A stretch of 64,000 nt of DNA from Acidimicrobiia bacterium (lineage in GTDB: Bacteria; Acidobacteriota; Vicinamibacteria; Vicinamibacterales; UBA2999). Shown here in pieces: positions 9,124 to 17,670 of this stretch. Where the stretch lies: positions 55,675 to 119,674 of the forward strand of contig VFZG01000005.1 of the NCBI GenBank assembly GCA_016871275.1. The letters run 5' to 3'. The notes beneath the pieces were generated by a model. The model saw nothing but the letters and a program-made list of their open reading frames with translations, was not told where the DNA came from and searched no databases. Made by a program: the position numbers and the translations under genes. Positions within the stretch are counted from its first letter, which is position 1; each line of letters begins with the position of its first letter.

Positions 9124-10184
9124 CGGTCCCCGACCTTCCGGAGGGCGAGGCCCACCGCCACCGCACACACGGCGGACAACTCTTCAACGCTGTCGACGCC
9201 CAGCTTCCGCGGATCGCAGGACACCTGGCGGAACGGATCGAACGTTTCCACGTCGGTGCTGAAGTGCGCACGCAGCGACTCCGCGAATCCTTCAACGCGC
9301 GACGCGCCACCGCTCAGCATGATGCGATCGATGCGGTCGCTCGCGGCCGTGGCCTTGAAGAAGTCGAAGGTCTTCTCGACTTCGAGCAGCACGTTGTCGG
9401 TCATGGCGCGCAGCACCGCACGGGCGTCCTCGTAGGTGGCGCCGTCCACGTCCTGGCCCTTCTTCAACTGCTCGGCACTCTCATAGGGGAGGTTCAATTC
9501 CTTTTGAACCGCCTCGGTGAAGGCGTTGCCACCCATCGACACGTGGCGGGTAAACACCGACTGCGAACCCGCGAGGATGTTGATGTCGGTCGCGCTGGCG
9601 CCGGCGTTCAGAATCGCCACCACCGTGTTCGGGTCGAATCCGTAGTTGGCCTCGAACGCGTTCTGCAGCGCGAACACGCCCACGTCAACGATGACCGGCG
9701 ACTTCCCCGCCTGTGAGATGACGTTGGTGTAGTCGGCGATCTTGTCCTTCTTCGCCGCCACCAGCAGCACGTCCATGCTGCCCTGCGAGTCCCGGCCGGT
9801 CGCCGAATCGAGAATCTCGTAGTCGAGATTCACGTCCTGGATGTCGAACGGGATGTACTGCTCCGCTTCCCAGTAGATCGACTCGGACAGCTCGGCCTCG
9901 GTCATGGCCGGCAGGGTGATCTTCTTGACGATCACCGAGTTGCCCGAGAGTGACGCGACGACGTCCTTGGCCTTGAACTTCTTGCTCGCGAACACGCGGC
10001 GTACGGCATCGGCGACGGCGCCGCCATCGATGATGGCGCCGTCGACAATGCTGTCGGGCGGGAGGGCCTCGACCCCGAGCGCCGAGACGCGAAATCCCTT
10101 GCCCGCAGGCTTCAGCTCGATCGCCTTGACGGAACTCGACCCGATGTCGAGTCCGACCAGGCTCCTGGTTCGGCGGAACAGCAC
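9120..10184 (-). CDS. pilM: type IV pilus assembly ATPase-fold protein PilM
   Basis: 354 aa with LVGLDIGSSSVKAIEL, an actin-like fold. GTG start preceded by a GGAGA Shine-Dalgarno sequence. Confidence 0.9.
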   Translation of the reverse strand: MLFRRTRSLVGLDIGSSSVKAIELKPAGKGFRVSALGVEALPPDSIVDGAIIDGGAVADAVRRVFASKKFKAKDVVASLSGNSVIVKKITLPAMTEAELSESIYWEAEQYIPFDIQDVNLDYEILDSATGRDSQGSMDVLLVAAKKDKIADYTNVISQAGKSPVIVDVGVFALQNAFEANYGFDPNTVVAILNAGASATDINILAGSQSVFTRHVSMGGNAFTEAVQKELNLPYESAEQLKKGQDVDGATYEDARAVLRAMTDNVLLEVEKTFDFFKATAASDRIDRIMLSGGASRVEGFAESLRAHFSTDVETFDPFRQVSCDPRKLGVDSVEELSAVCAVAVGLALRKVGDR

Positions 10185-10466
10185 GCTAGGTTGTCTCCAG
10201 GCCCGAGCCGGCTGGGCAAACCGAATACCAGCCGAGCCGGGGTGGCTGATCCAACAGAATCGGCCCTGAATACCGGAATTGGCGGTTCAGAGCGGCGCGA
10301 GCGGGTTCTGGGCATTCACGCATCTGCAGGTCGCTGACGATTTCTGCACTTGCGCGAAAGCGGCCGGAATCCTATCCCTGCCGTTGCCAGTTATCGGTGG
10401 CTGTCCACGGCGGCTACAGAGTCGGCTTGCACGGTTCTGCGGCACATTCCCGCTCAGGGCGCTGCC

Positions 10467-10495
10467 TTGCCGATTCCCCGAAATACGTGTATGAT
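10467..10495 (+). promoter_or_regulatory. candidate sigma70 promoter for rplM-rpsI
   Basis: TTGCCG (10467-72), a 17-nt spacer, then TATGAT (10490-95). A 6-bp leader hairpin CCGTCC/GGACGG follows at 10505-10523. Confidence 0.45.
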
Positions 10496-10567
10496 TTGGG
10501 TTTGCCGTCCCACGGATGGACGGACCAGAGGAACTGTACCTAGCAGGAAGAACCAGGAAACAGTCGG

Positions 10568-10999
10568 ATGCCCACTTACGTCCCACCCGTGAAGTCGAAG
10601 CCCGCCAAGTGGCATGTCATTGATGCCGGTGGCAAGGTGCTCGGCCGCGTCGCCACCAGCGCCGCCAAGCTGCTTCAGGGCAAGCACAAGTCAGCGTACA
10701 CGCCCTACCTCGACACGGGCGATCACGTCGTCATTCTCAACGTGGCCAGGGTCAGGCTCACCGGCCGCAAGGAAGACCAGAAGCTCTATCAGCGTCACAG
10801 CGGCTACCCCGGCGGTTTGCGCGAGGATCGTGCCAGGATCGTGCGCGCGGCCAGGCCGGAAGGGATGATGGAAGAAGCCGTTCGCGGCATGCTCCCGAAG
10901 TCGAAGCTCGGTGATGCGATGTTCCGCAAGTTGAAGGTGTATTCGGGTGACAAGCATCCGCACACCGCCCAGTCACCCACCGTCTTCGAGGTCGCATAA
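10568..10999 (+). CDS. rplM: 50S ribosomal protein L13
   Basis: 143 aa reading [31 protein letters not shown]. Confidence 0.95.
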   Translation: MPTYVPPVKSKPAKWHVIDAGGKVLGRVATSAAKLLQGKHKSAYTPYLDTGDHVVILNVARVRLTGRKEDQKLYQRHSGYPGGLREDRARIVRAARPEGMMEEAVRGMLPKSKLGDAMFRKLKVYSGDKHPHTAQSPTVFEVA

Positions 11000-11000
11000 C

Positions 11001-11393
11001 TTGGCAGCAACACAGTTCTACGCAACCGGCCGCCGCAAGGAATCCACCGCCCGCGTGTTTCTGCGCCCGGGCACCGGCGCCATCAGGATCAACCACCGCG
11101 AGTTCACCGAGTACTTCCCGATCGAAACCCTTCGCATCCAGGTGAAGACCCCGCTCCTGCTCACGGCAACCGCGGAGCAGTTCGATGTGCTCGCCACCGT
11201 CACCGGCGGTGGCGTCTCTGGCCAGGCCGGCGCCATCCGCCTCGGCATCGCGCGCGCGTTGTGCGAATACAACATCGAGCTTCGCTCGACACTCAAGAAG
11301 GACGGCCTGCTCACGCGCGACGCCCGCGCCAAGGAGCGCAAGAAGTACGGCATGGCCGGCGCCCGTAAGCGGTTCCAGTTCAGCAAGCGTTAG
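11001..11393 (+). CDS. rpsI: 30S ribosomal protein S9
   Basis: [22 protein letters not shown] ... [17 protein letters not shown]. The TTG at 11001, 2 nt after the rplM stop, fits better than the overlapping track start at 10947. Confidence 0.9.
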   Translation: MAATQFYATGRRKESTARVFLRPGTGAIRINHREFTEYFPIETLRIQVKTPLLLTATAEQFDVLATVTGGGVSGQAGAIRLGIARALCEYNIELRSTLKKDGLLTRDARAKERKKYGMAGARKRFQFSKR

Positions 11394-11438
11394 TCACAAC
11401 TCAGTGGGAAACATGACAACCATGGACGGAGGCAGTTT

Positions 11439-12254
11439 TTGACCCCGCTCGCGATGAAGGACCTGCTCGAAGCAGGCGTGCATTTCGGACACCAGACGAA
11501 GCGCTGGAACCCGAAGATGAAACCGTTCATCTTCGGCGAGCGCTCCGGTATCTACATCCTCGACCTCGGCAAGACGGTCAAGCTCTACCGTGAGGCGGAG
11601 GATTTCGTCCAGAGGCTCGCCGCTGCCGGCAAGACGGTTCTGTTCGTGGGCACCAAGCGCCAGGCCCAGGACGTGGTGGCCGAAGAAGCAAACCGCTGCG
11701 GGATGTTCTACGTGAACGAGCGCTGGCTCGGCGGTCTCCTCACCAATTTCACCACCATTCAGCGCAGCATCGCGCGCCTGCGCGACCTCGAAGCGATGGC
11801 CACCGACGGTCGGTACGACTCGATGCCGAAGAAGGAAATCGCCAAGGCCGAAAAGGAAAAGCGCAAGCTCGTGAAGAACCTCGAAGGCATTCGCCATATG
11901 GGCCGGCTGCCGGATGCGCTGTTCGTGATTGACACCCGCAAGGAGCAGATTGCCGTCGACGAGGCTCGCAAGCTGAAGATCCCCGTCATCGGCATCGTCG
12001 ACACCAACTGTGACCCCGACCAGGTCGACTACGTCATCCCCGGTAACGACGACGCGCTGCGATCGGTGAAGCTGTTTGTATCGCGGATTGCCGACGCGGT
12101 GATCGCGGGTCGCGGCGAGCGTGAATCGGCGATGGCCGACCAGGCCGCCAGCGAGGCCCAGGAGAAGGCCGCTCAGGAAGCCAGCCGCACCGTGAGGCCC
12201 GCCGACATTCGCAAGCCGCAGCGGCCGGCAGAGACCCCAGCACCCACGGCCTGA
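11439..12254 (+). CDS. rpsB: 30S ribosomal protein S2
   Basis: [35 protein letters not shown], with an Ala/Glu-rich C-terminal tail. Confidence 0.95.
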   Translation: MTPLAMKDLLEAGVHFGHQTKRWNPKMKPFIFGERSGIYILDLGKTVKLYREAEDFVQRLAAAGKTVLFVGTKRQAQDVVAEEANRCGMFYVNERWLGGLLTNFTTIQRSIARLRDLEAMATDGRYDSMPKKEIAKAEKEKRKLVKNLEGIRHMGRLPDALFVIDTRKEQIAVDEARKLKIPVIGIVDTNCDPDQVDYVIPGNDDALRSVKLFVSRIADAVIAGRGERESAMADQAASEAQEKAAQEASRTVRPADIRKPQRPAETPAPTA

Positions 12255-12340
12255 CGGCCCGCGGTGACTCCCCTCTCGCGCCGGCCCGCATCGCTTCACT
12301 CAGGACCGCGGCCGGCGCGATTTGTGTACAGACGGGAACG

Positions 12341-12443
12341 AGGGGCCTAGGGGCTAAGGGGCGTCGGGAACTAAAGAACTCGGCATCGGAGTGGTAAGCC
12401 CCTACGCCCCTACGCCCTTAAGCCCCTAAACCCCAAGCCCCGA
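12341..12443. repeat. G-run tract (12341-12368) and complementary C-run tract (12396-12441) forming an imperfect inverted repeat
   Basis: GGGGcctaGGGGctaaGGGGcgtcGGG is followed about 30 nt later by CCCCtacgCCCCtacgCCCttaagCCCCtaaaCCCCaagCCCC. Confidence 0.8.
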
Positions 12444-12463
12444 CAACCTCGGAGATATCAGTA

Positions 12464-13066
12464 ATGGCAGCTACAGCAGCACAGGTGAAGGAACTCCGCG
12501 ACAAGACCGGCGCGGGCATGATGAATTGCAAGGCGGCGCTCGAGGAGTCGGGCGGCGATCTGGAGAAGGCCGTCGAGCTCCTGCGCAAGAAGGGCCTGGC
12601 CCAGGCCGCCAAGCGCGCCGGACGCATCGCCAAGGACGGCGTCATCGGCCATTACATCCACATGGGCGGCAAGGTCGGCGTGCTCGTCGAGGTGAACTGC
12701 GAAACCGACTTCGTGGCCCGCACCCCGGACTTCCAGACGCTCGCCAAGGAAATCGCGATGCACATCGCCGCGGCCAGCCCGCTGGTCGTCACGCGCGAGG
12801 ACCTGTCGGCCGACGTGCTCGAGAAGGAGAAGGAGATCTACCGGGCGCAATTCGCCGGGCAGAACAAGCCGGCCAACGTCATCGACAAGATCGTCGACGG
12901 CAAGCTCGAAAGCTACTACGCCCAGGTCTGCCTGATGGACCAGCCGTCGGTTCGCGATCCGAACGTCACGATCAAGCAGATGGTGGCCGCCGCAACCGCC
13001 AAGACCGGCGAGAACGTGACCATCACCCGGTTCGTCCGATACAAACTGGGCGAAACCGTGGAGTAA
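12464..13066 (+). CDS. tsf: elongation factor Ts
   Basis: VKELRDKTGAGMMNCKAAL.E..GDLEKA...LRKKG. The short 200-aa form. Confidence 0.95.
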   Translation: MAATAAQVKELRDKTGAGMMNCKAALEESGGDLEKAVELLRKKGLAQAAKRAGRIAKDGVIGHYIHMGGKVGVLVEVNCETDFVARTPDFQTLAKEIAMHIAAASPLVVTREDLSADVLEKEKEIYRAQFAGQNKPANVIDKIVDGKLESYYAQVCLMDQPSVRDPNVTIKQMVAAATAKTGENVTITRFVRYKLGETVE

Positions 13067-13077
13067 GGGGCATGCAA

Positions 13078-13107
13078 GGGTTACAAGGGTGACAACCTTT
13101 GTAACCC
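13078..13107 (+). terminator. 13-bp stem-loop after tsf with no U-tract
   Basis: GGGTTACAAGGGT - GACA - ACCTTTGTAACCC, with one G:U pair. Confidence 0.35.
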
Positions 13108-13140
13108 TGATGACTTTCGTAGCCTGTATAATCCCGTCCC

Positions 13141-13872
13141 GTGTCCGAGTCCGCGCCGCCGAACCCCCACTACAAGCGAATCCTGTTGAAGCTGTCCGGC
13201 GAAGCCCTGATGGGCGATCAGCCGTACGGCATCGATCCGGCCGTCGCCGCGCGCATCGCTCAGGACGTGGCGGACATCCAGTCGATCGGTGTGCAGACCG
13301 CGATCGTGATTGGTGGCGGCAATATCTTTCGCGGTCTGGCGGCCAGCGCCAAGGGCATGGATCGCTCCACCGGCGACTACATGGGCATGCTGGCCACGGT
13401 CATCAACGCCCTCGCGCTGCAGGACGCGCTGGAAAAGAACGGCGTGCCGACGCGCGTGCTGACCGCGATTGAAATGCGCGCGGTGGCCGAGCCGTTCATC
13501 CGCCGCCGCGCGGTGCGCCACCTCGAAAAGGGCCGCGTCGTGGTGTTTGCGGCCGGCACCGGCAACCCCTACTTCACCACCGATACCGCCGCCGCGCTGC
13601 GCGCGATGGAAATGAAGGCCGAAGTCATTCTCAAGGCCACCAAGGTCGACGGCATTTACACGGCCGACCCCGTCAAGCATCCAGAGGCGACGCGCTACGA
13701 TCGCATCTCGTACCTGCAGGTGCTGCAGGAGCAGCTGAAGGTCATGGATGCCACGGCCATTTCCCTCTGCATGGACAACAAGCTGCCGATCCTGGTCTTC
13801 AACCTCAAGACGCCCGGCAACATCCGCCGCGTGGTGATGGGTGAACCGATCGGCACGATCGTCACCGCCTAA
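13141..13872 (+). CDS. pyrH: UMP kinase
   Basis: [14 protein letters not shown]...GID......IA..V......[14 protein letters not shown]. Confidence 0.95.
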   Translation: MSESAPPNPHYKRILLKLSGEALMGDQPYGIDPAVAARIAQDVADIQSIGVQTAIVIGGGNIFRGLAASAKGMDRSTGDYMGMLATVINALALQDALEKNGVPTRVLTAIEMRAVAEPFIRRRAVRHLEKGRVVVFAAGTGNPYFTTDTAAALRAMEMKAEVILKATKVDGIYTADPVKHPEATRYDRISYLQVLQEQLKVMDATAISLCMDNKLPILVFNLKTPGNIRRVVMGEPIGTIVTA

Positions 13873-13885
13873 CGAGGACCCGAGT

Positions 13886-14455
13886 ATGGAAGCGAACGAC
13901 GTCAAGGGCATCCAGGCCGAGATCAAGAAGCGCATGGACGCGCAGATCGAGTTCGTCCGCAAGGAGCTGGCCGGGGTGCGCACTGGACGGGCCTCCACGG
14001 ACATGCTGCAGAGCGTGATGGTGGAAGCCTACGGCTCGAAGATGCCGATCAACCAGGTCGCCACCATGTCGATCCCCGAGCCGGCGCTGATCGTGGCACA
14101 GCCGTTCGACCCGTCGATCATGGCCGCCCTCGAGCGCGCCGTGCGGCTCTCCGACCTCGGATTGAACCCGGCGAGCGACGGCAAAGTGCTGCGCATCCCG
14201 ATTCCGTCGCTGACCGACGAGCGCCGCAAGGAGCTGTCGCGTCACGTGCACAAGATGGCGGAGGAAGGCCGCAATCACGTGCGCGTGCTGCGCCGCGAGG
14301 CCAACGACAAGATCAAGAAGCTCCTCAAGGAGCACAAGATTTCCGAAGACGACGAGAAGCGGGCGCTCGATGACGTGCAGAGGGTCACCGACGCGCACGT
14401 CAAGATGATCGACGACCTGCAAGCCAAGAAAGACCAGGAGCTGCTTGGCAGATAG
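13886..14455 (+). CDS. frr: ribosome recycling factor
   Basis: KKRMD..IEF...EL.GVRTGRAS..ML..V.VEAYGS.MP. The ATG at 13886 is preferred to the overlapping track start at 13841. Confidence 0.92.
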   Translation: MEANDVKGIQAEIKKRMDAQIEFVRKELAGVRTGRASTDMLQSVMVEAYGSKMPINQVATMSIPEPALIVAQPFDPSIMAALERAVRLSDLGLNPASDGKVLRIPIPSLTDERRKELSRHVHKMAEEGRNHVRVLRREANDKIKKLLKEHKISEDDEKRALDDVQRVTDAHVKMIDDLQAKKDQELLGR

Positions 14456-15623
14456 CTACTTCACTCACCTCGAGTGCAGCAGCGGCTGCGGCGCCGGACC
14501 GTTCGACCCGCGCGGGCTCCACTTCCTGTGCCCGTCCTGCAAGCTGCCGATGCTGGCGCGCTACGACCTCACGGCCGCGCGCGCCTGGAAGAGAGAATCG
14601 CTCGCCGGCCGCGCGCCCAACATGTGGCGGTACCGAGAGCTGATGCCGCTGCTGGCCGGCGATGCACCGGTGACGCTCGGCGAAGGCTTCACGCCGCTGA
14701 TCCACGCCACGCGACTGGGCGCCTCGCTGGGCCTCGATCGCCTGTTGATCAAGGACGAATCGCTCAACCCAACCAACTCGTTCAAGGCCCGCGGACTGTC
14801 GGCCGCGATCTCGCGCGCCAAGGCGCTGCACGCCGAAACCGTGTACCTGCCCACGGCTGGAAACGCCGGTAACGCCGCGGCCGCCTATGCGTCCGCGGCC
14901 GGGATGAAGTGCGAAGTCTTCATCCCCAGGGACGCCAAGCAACCGTTCGTCGACGAGTGCCGCTTGTACGGCGCCAACGTCACGCTGATCGACGGGCTGA
15001 TTACCGACGCCGGCCGCATCGCCACCGAGACTGCCAAGCCACACGGCTGGTACGAGGTCGCGACGTTCCGCGAGGTGGGACGCTGCGAAGGCAAGAAGAC
15101 CATGGGGTACGAACTGGCTGAGCAGCTCAACTGGACGCTTCCGGACTGGATCGTCTATCCGACGGGCGGCGGCACCGGCATGGTCGGGATGTGGAAAGCC
15201 TTCGCCGAGATGGAAGCGATCGGATGGCTCGCCGCCGGCCAGCGGCCGAAGATGGTAACCGTTCAACCCGAAGGGTGCCAGCCGATCGTCAGCGCCCTCG
15301 AGCGCGGCGAGCAGACGGCCGGCACCTGGCAGAACGCCCATTCGGTCGCCGACGGCCTGCGCGTCCCGCGTGCGATTGCGGATTTCCTGATTCTCAAGAC
15401 CATCCGCGAGAGCGATGGCACGGCCGTGTCCGTGACCGACACGCAGTTGGTGGATGACATGAAGACAATGGGTCGGCTGGAAGGCGTGTCGGCGTCACCT
15501 GAGGGCGGCGCGTCACTCAGCGCGCTGCGACAGCTGATCGCCGATGGCCGCATCAAGAAGCACGAGACCATCGTGCTCTTCAACACCGGCGGCGCCCTGA
15601 AATACCTCGATCTGCTTCGCTAG
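14445..15623 (+). CDS. thrC: threonine synthase, the form with an N-terminal Cys4 zinc ribbon
   Basis: HLECSSGCG...FLCPSCKLPMLARYD and the PLP-lysine motif NPTNSFKARG. TTG start overlaps the frr end. Confidence 0.8.
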   Translation: MADSYFTHLECSSGCGAGPFDPRGLHFLCPSCKLPMLARYDLTAARAWKRESLAGRAPNMWRYRELMPLLAGDAPVTLGEGFTPLIHATRLGASLGLDRLLIKDESLNPTNSFKARGLSAAISRAKALHAETVYLPTAGNAGNAAAAYASAAGMKCEVFIPRDAKQPFVDECRLYGANVTLIDGLITDAGRIATETAKPHGWYEVATFREVGRCEGKKTMGYELAEQLNWTLPDWIVYPTGGGTGMVGMWKAFAEMEAIGWLAAGQRPKMVTVQPEGCQPIVSALERGEQTAGTWQNAHSVADGLRVPRAIADFLILKTIRESDGTAVSVTDTQLVDDMKTMGRLEGVSASPEGGASLSALRQLIADGRIKKHETIVLFNTGGALKYLDLLR

Positions 15624-16702
15624 TCTCCGAGCGAGACCCCGATCGCGCGCGCGGTCTTGATCAGGTCGGAGTCGAGCGGCACCGTCTTGGTGCGGCCGAC
15701 GACATCGGCGAGCGGAACCGGCACGATGTCTGGAGGATGGTTCGCCACCATCTTGCCGAACACCCCGCGGCGAATCAATTCAACCGCGGCGCCTCCGTAA
15801 CGCGTCGCCAGCACGCGATCGAACGCCGTTGGACCGCCGCCACGCTGCAAGTGGCCAAGCACGACACATCGCGACTCACGACCGGTCATGTCCTCGAGCT
15901 GCCCGGCGACCACGATCCCGACCCCGCCAAGGCGCTCCACGTATCCAGGCTTGGCTTCTTCGCGCAGGGTGACGCCTCCGCCAATCGGCTTGGCGCCTTC
16001 AGCGACCACGACGATGCTGAATTTCGCGCCGAACGACTCGCGCTTGCGAATGGCCGCCGTAACCTTGTCCAGGTCGTACGGAATCTCTGGCATCAGGATC
16101 ACGTCGGCGCCGCCGGCCAGCCCGCCCTGCAGCGCAATCCACCCGGCGTGGCGGCCCATCACCTCGACGACCATGATGCGCTTGTGCGCTTCGGCGGTGG
16201 TGTGCAGGCGATCGATGGCGTGGGCCGCAAACGCCACCGCGCTGTCGAAACCGAAGCAGCTGTTGGTGCCGACAATGTCGTTGTCGATGGTCTTTGGCAC
16301 GCCGACCACGGGGATGCCCTTCAGATAGAACTGGTGTGCGATGCTCAATGAACCATCGCCGCCGATGACCACCAGCGCCTGCAGTCCCATCGCGTGGAAC
16401 GTCTCGACCACGCGGTCCGAGTAATCGACCTTGCCGTCGGGCGTCTCGACTGGATACTGGAACGGGTTGCCGTGATTGGTGGTGCCGAGAATGGTGCCGC
16501 CCAACCGCAGGATGCCGGTGACGTCGTTCGGCGTCAGGACACGGGAGCGGGACGAATCGAGCAAGCCGTCGAAGCTGTCTTCGAGGCCTACGACTTCGAT
16601 ACCGGCATTGTAGGCCGATTTGACCACGGCACGAATGACCGCGTTGAGGCCGGGGGCGTCGCCGCCGCCAGTCAGGACACCAATTCGCTTGATGGGAGTC
16701 AC
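15620..16702 (-). CDS. pfkA: 6-phosphofructokinase
   Basis: IGVLTGGGDAPGLNAVIRAVV, VVIGGDGSLSIA and PKTIDNDIVGT. Convergent with thrC, with a 4-nt overlap. Confidence 0.9.
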   Translation of the reverse strand: MTPIKRIGVLTGGGDAPGLNAVIRAVVKSAYNAGIEVVGLEDSFDGLLDSSRSRVLTPNDVTGILRLGGTILGTTNHGNPFQYPVETPDGKVDYSDRVVETFHAMGLQALVVIGGDGSLSIAHQFYLKGIPVVGVPKTIDNDIVGTNSCFGFDSAVAFAAHAIDRLHTTAEAHKRIMVVEVMGRHAGWIALQGGLAGGADVILMPEIPYDLDKVTAAIRKRESFGAKFSIVVVAEGAKPIGGGVTLREEAKPGYVERLGGVGIVVAGQLEDMTGRESRCVVLGHLQRGGGPTAFDRVLATRYGGAAVELIRRGVFGKMVANHPPDIVPVPLADVVGRTKTVPLDSDLIKTARAIGVSLGD

Positions 16703-16837
16703 TGTCCTAATGATAGGGGATGGGGTCTGATTGCCGGCGCAGGCTGGCTTGCCAACCGTGGCTCCGCACGCTTGAGCGGCCCACCTCGGCGCATAGCGCT
16801 ACGGTGGACAACCTGCGCCTGAGAGCGGAGCGAAGGT

Positions 16838-16913
16838 TGGTGGACGGCAGGAGGATCGAACTCCCGACCTCAGCGTTGCGAACGCTGCGCTCTCCCAGCT
16901 GAGCTAGCCGCCC
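16838..16913 (-). tRNA. tRNA-Ala (anticodon CGC), CCA encoded
   Basis: The reverse complement is GGGCGGCTAGCTCAGCTGGGAGAGCGCAGCGTTCGCAACGCTGAGGTCGGGAGTTCGATCCTCCTGCCGTCCACCA. It folds as a cloverleaf with the G3:U70 alanine identity pair and anticodon loop TTCGCAA. Confidence 0.95.
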
Positions 16914-17001
16914 TCGTGGTCTATAACCGGACGATATTACCAAATTTCCGCCCGATTCAGCCACAACGCAACCAGTTGCGCCCATTCGAAGTCGAATTAG
17001 T

Positions 17002-17670
17002 ATGGGATCGATGAAGGCACTGCTCTCGTCCGGGATCGTTCTGGCCTGCATGATCACCGTGACCGGCCAGGGCACCGACCCGGCTGCGCTCGCGGCGAAG
17101 GTGCAGCAGCGCTACAACACCATTCGGGACATTCAGGCCGACTTCCTGCAAACCTACGAAGGCGGCGTGCTGCGAACCAAAACGACCGAGCAGGGCGCCG
17201 TCGCCATCAAGCGGCCTGGCAAAATGCGTTTCATCTACACCAAGCCGGAGAAGAAGGAGTTCGTGTCCGACGGCGCGCGTCTTTACACGCATCTGGTCGC
17301 GGACAAGCAGGTCATTGTCAGCGCCGCCCCCGGACCGGACAAAGGCGATATCCCCGCCATGTTCCTGGCCGGCCAGTCCGACCTGGGCCGCGACTACACC
17401 CCGACCTTTACGCCGTTGCCCGGGGCTGCACCCGGGCTGGTGACATTGAAGCTGGTTCCGAAGAAGCGCGGCGCGGACTACGAATCGCTCGGCATTGGTG
17501 TCGACGCCAGAACGCTCCAGGTTCTGTTCCTGACGGCGGTCGACACGCAGGGCGGCCGTTCCTCCTTCACCTTCACTAACCTGAAGGAAAATCGAGGCTT
17601 GGCCGATAAAGAGTTCGTGTTCCGCATCCCGCGCGGGGTGGAAGTGCTAACCAATGACCGTGCGCAATAG
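17002..17670 (+). CDS. lolA: LolA-family outer-membrane lipoprotein carrier-like protein
   Basis: Signal peptide, then V..RY..I.D..A.F.Q.......T...G.V.IKRPGKMRF.Y..PE.K..VSDG..LY. Confidence 0.75.
   Translation: MGSMKALLSSGIVLACMITVTGQGTDPAALAAKVQQRYNTIRDIQADFLQTYEGGVLRTKTTEQGAVAIKRPGKMRFIYTKPEKKEFVSDGARLYTHLVADKQVIVSAAPGPDKGDIPAMFLAGQSDLGRDYTPTFTPLPGAAPGLVTLKLVPKKRGADYESLGIGVDARTLQVLFLTAVDTQGGRSSFTFTNLKENRGLADKEFVFRIPRGVEVLTNDRAQ

Noticed and set aside
16707-17075. A 122-aa ORF on the minus strand.
   Set aside because: It reads straight through the tRNA-Ala gene (16838-16913) and into the lolA-like gene on the opposite strand, and it has no family resemblance.
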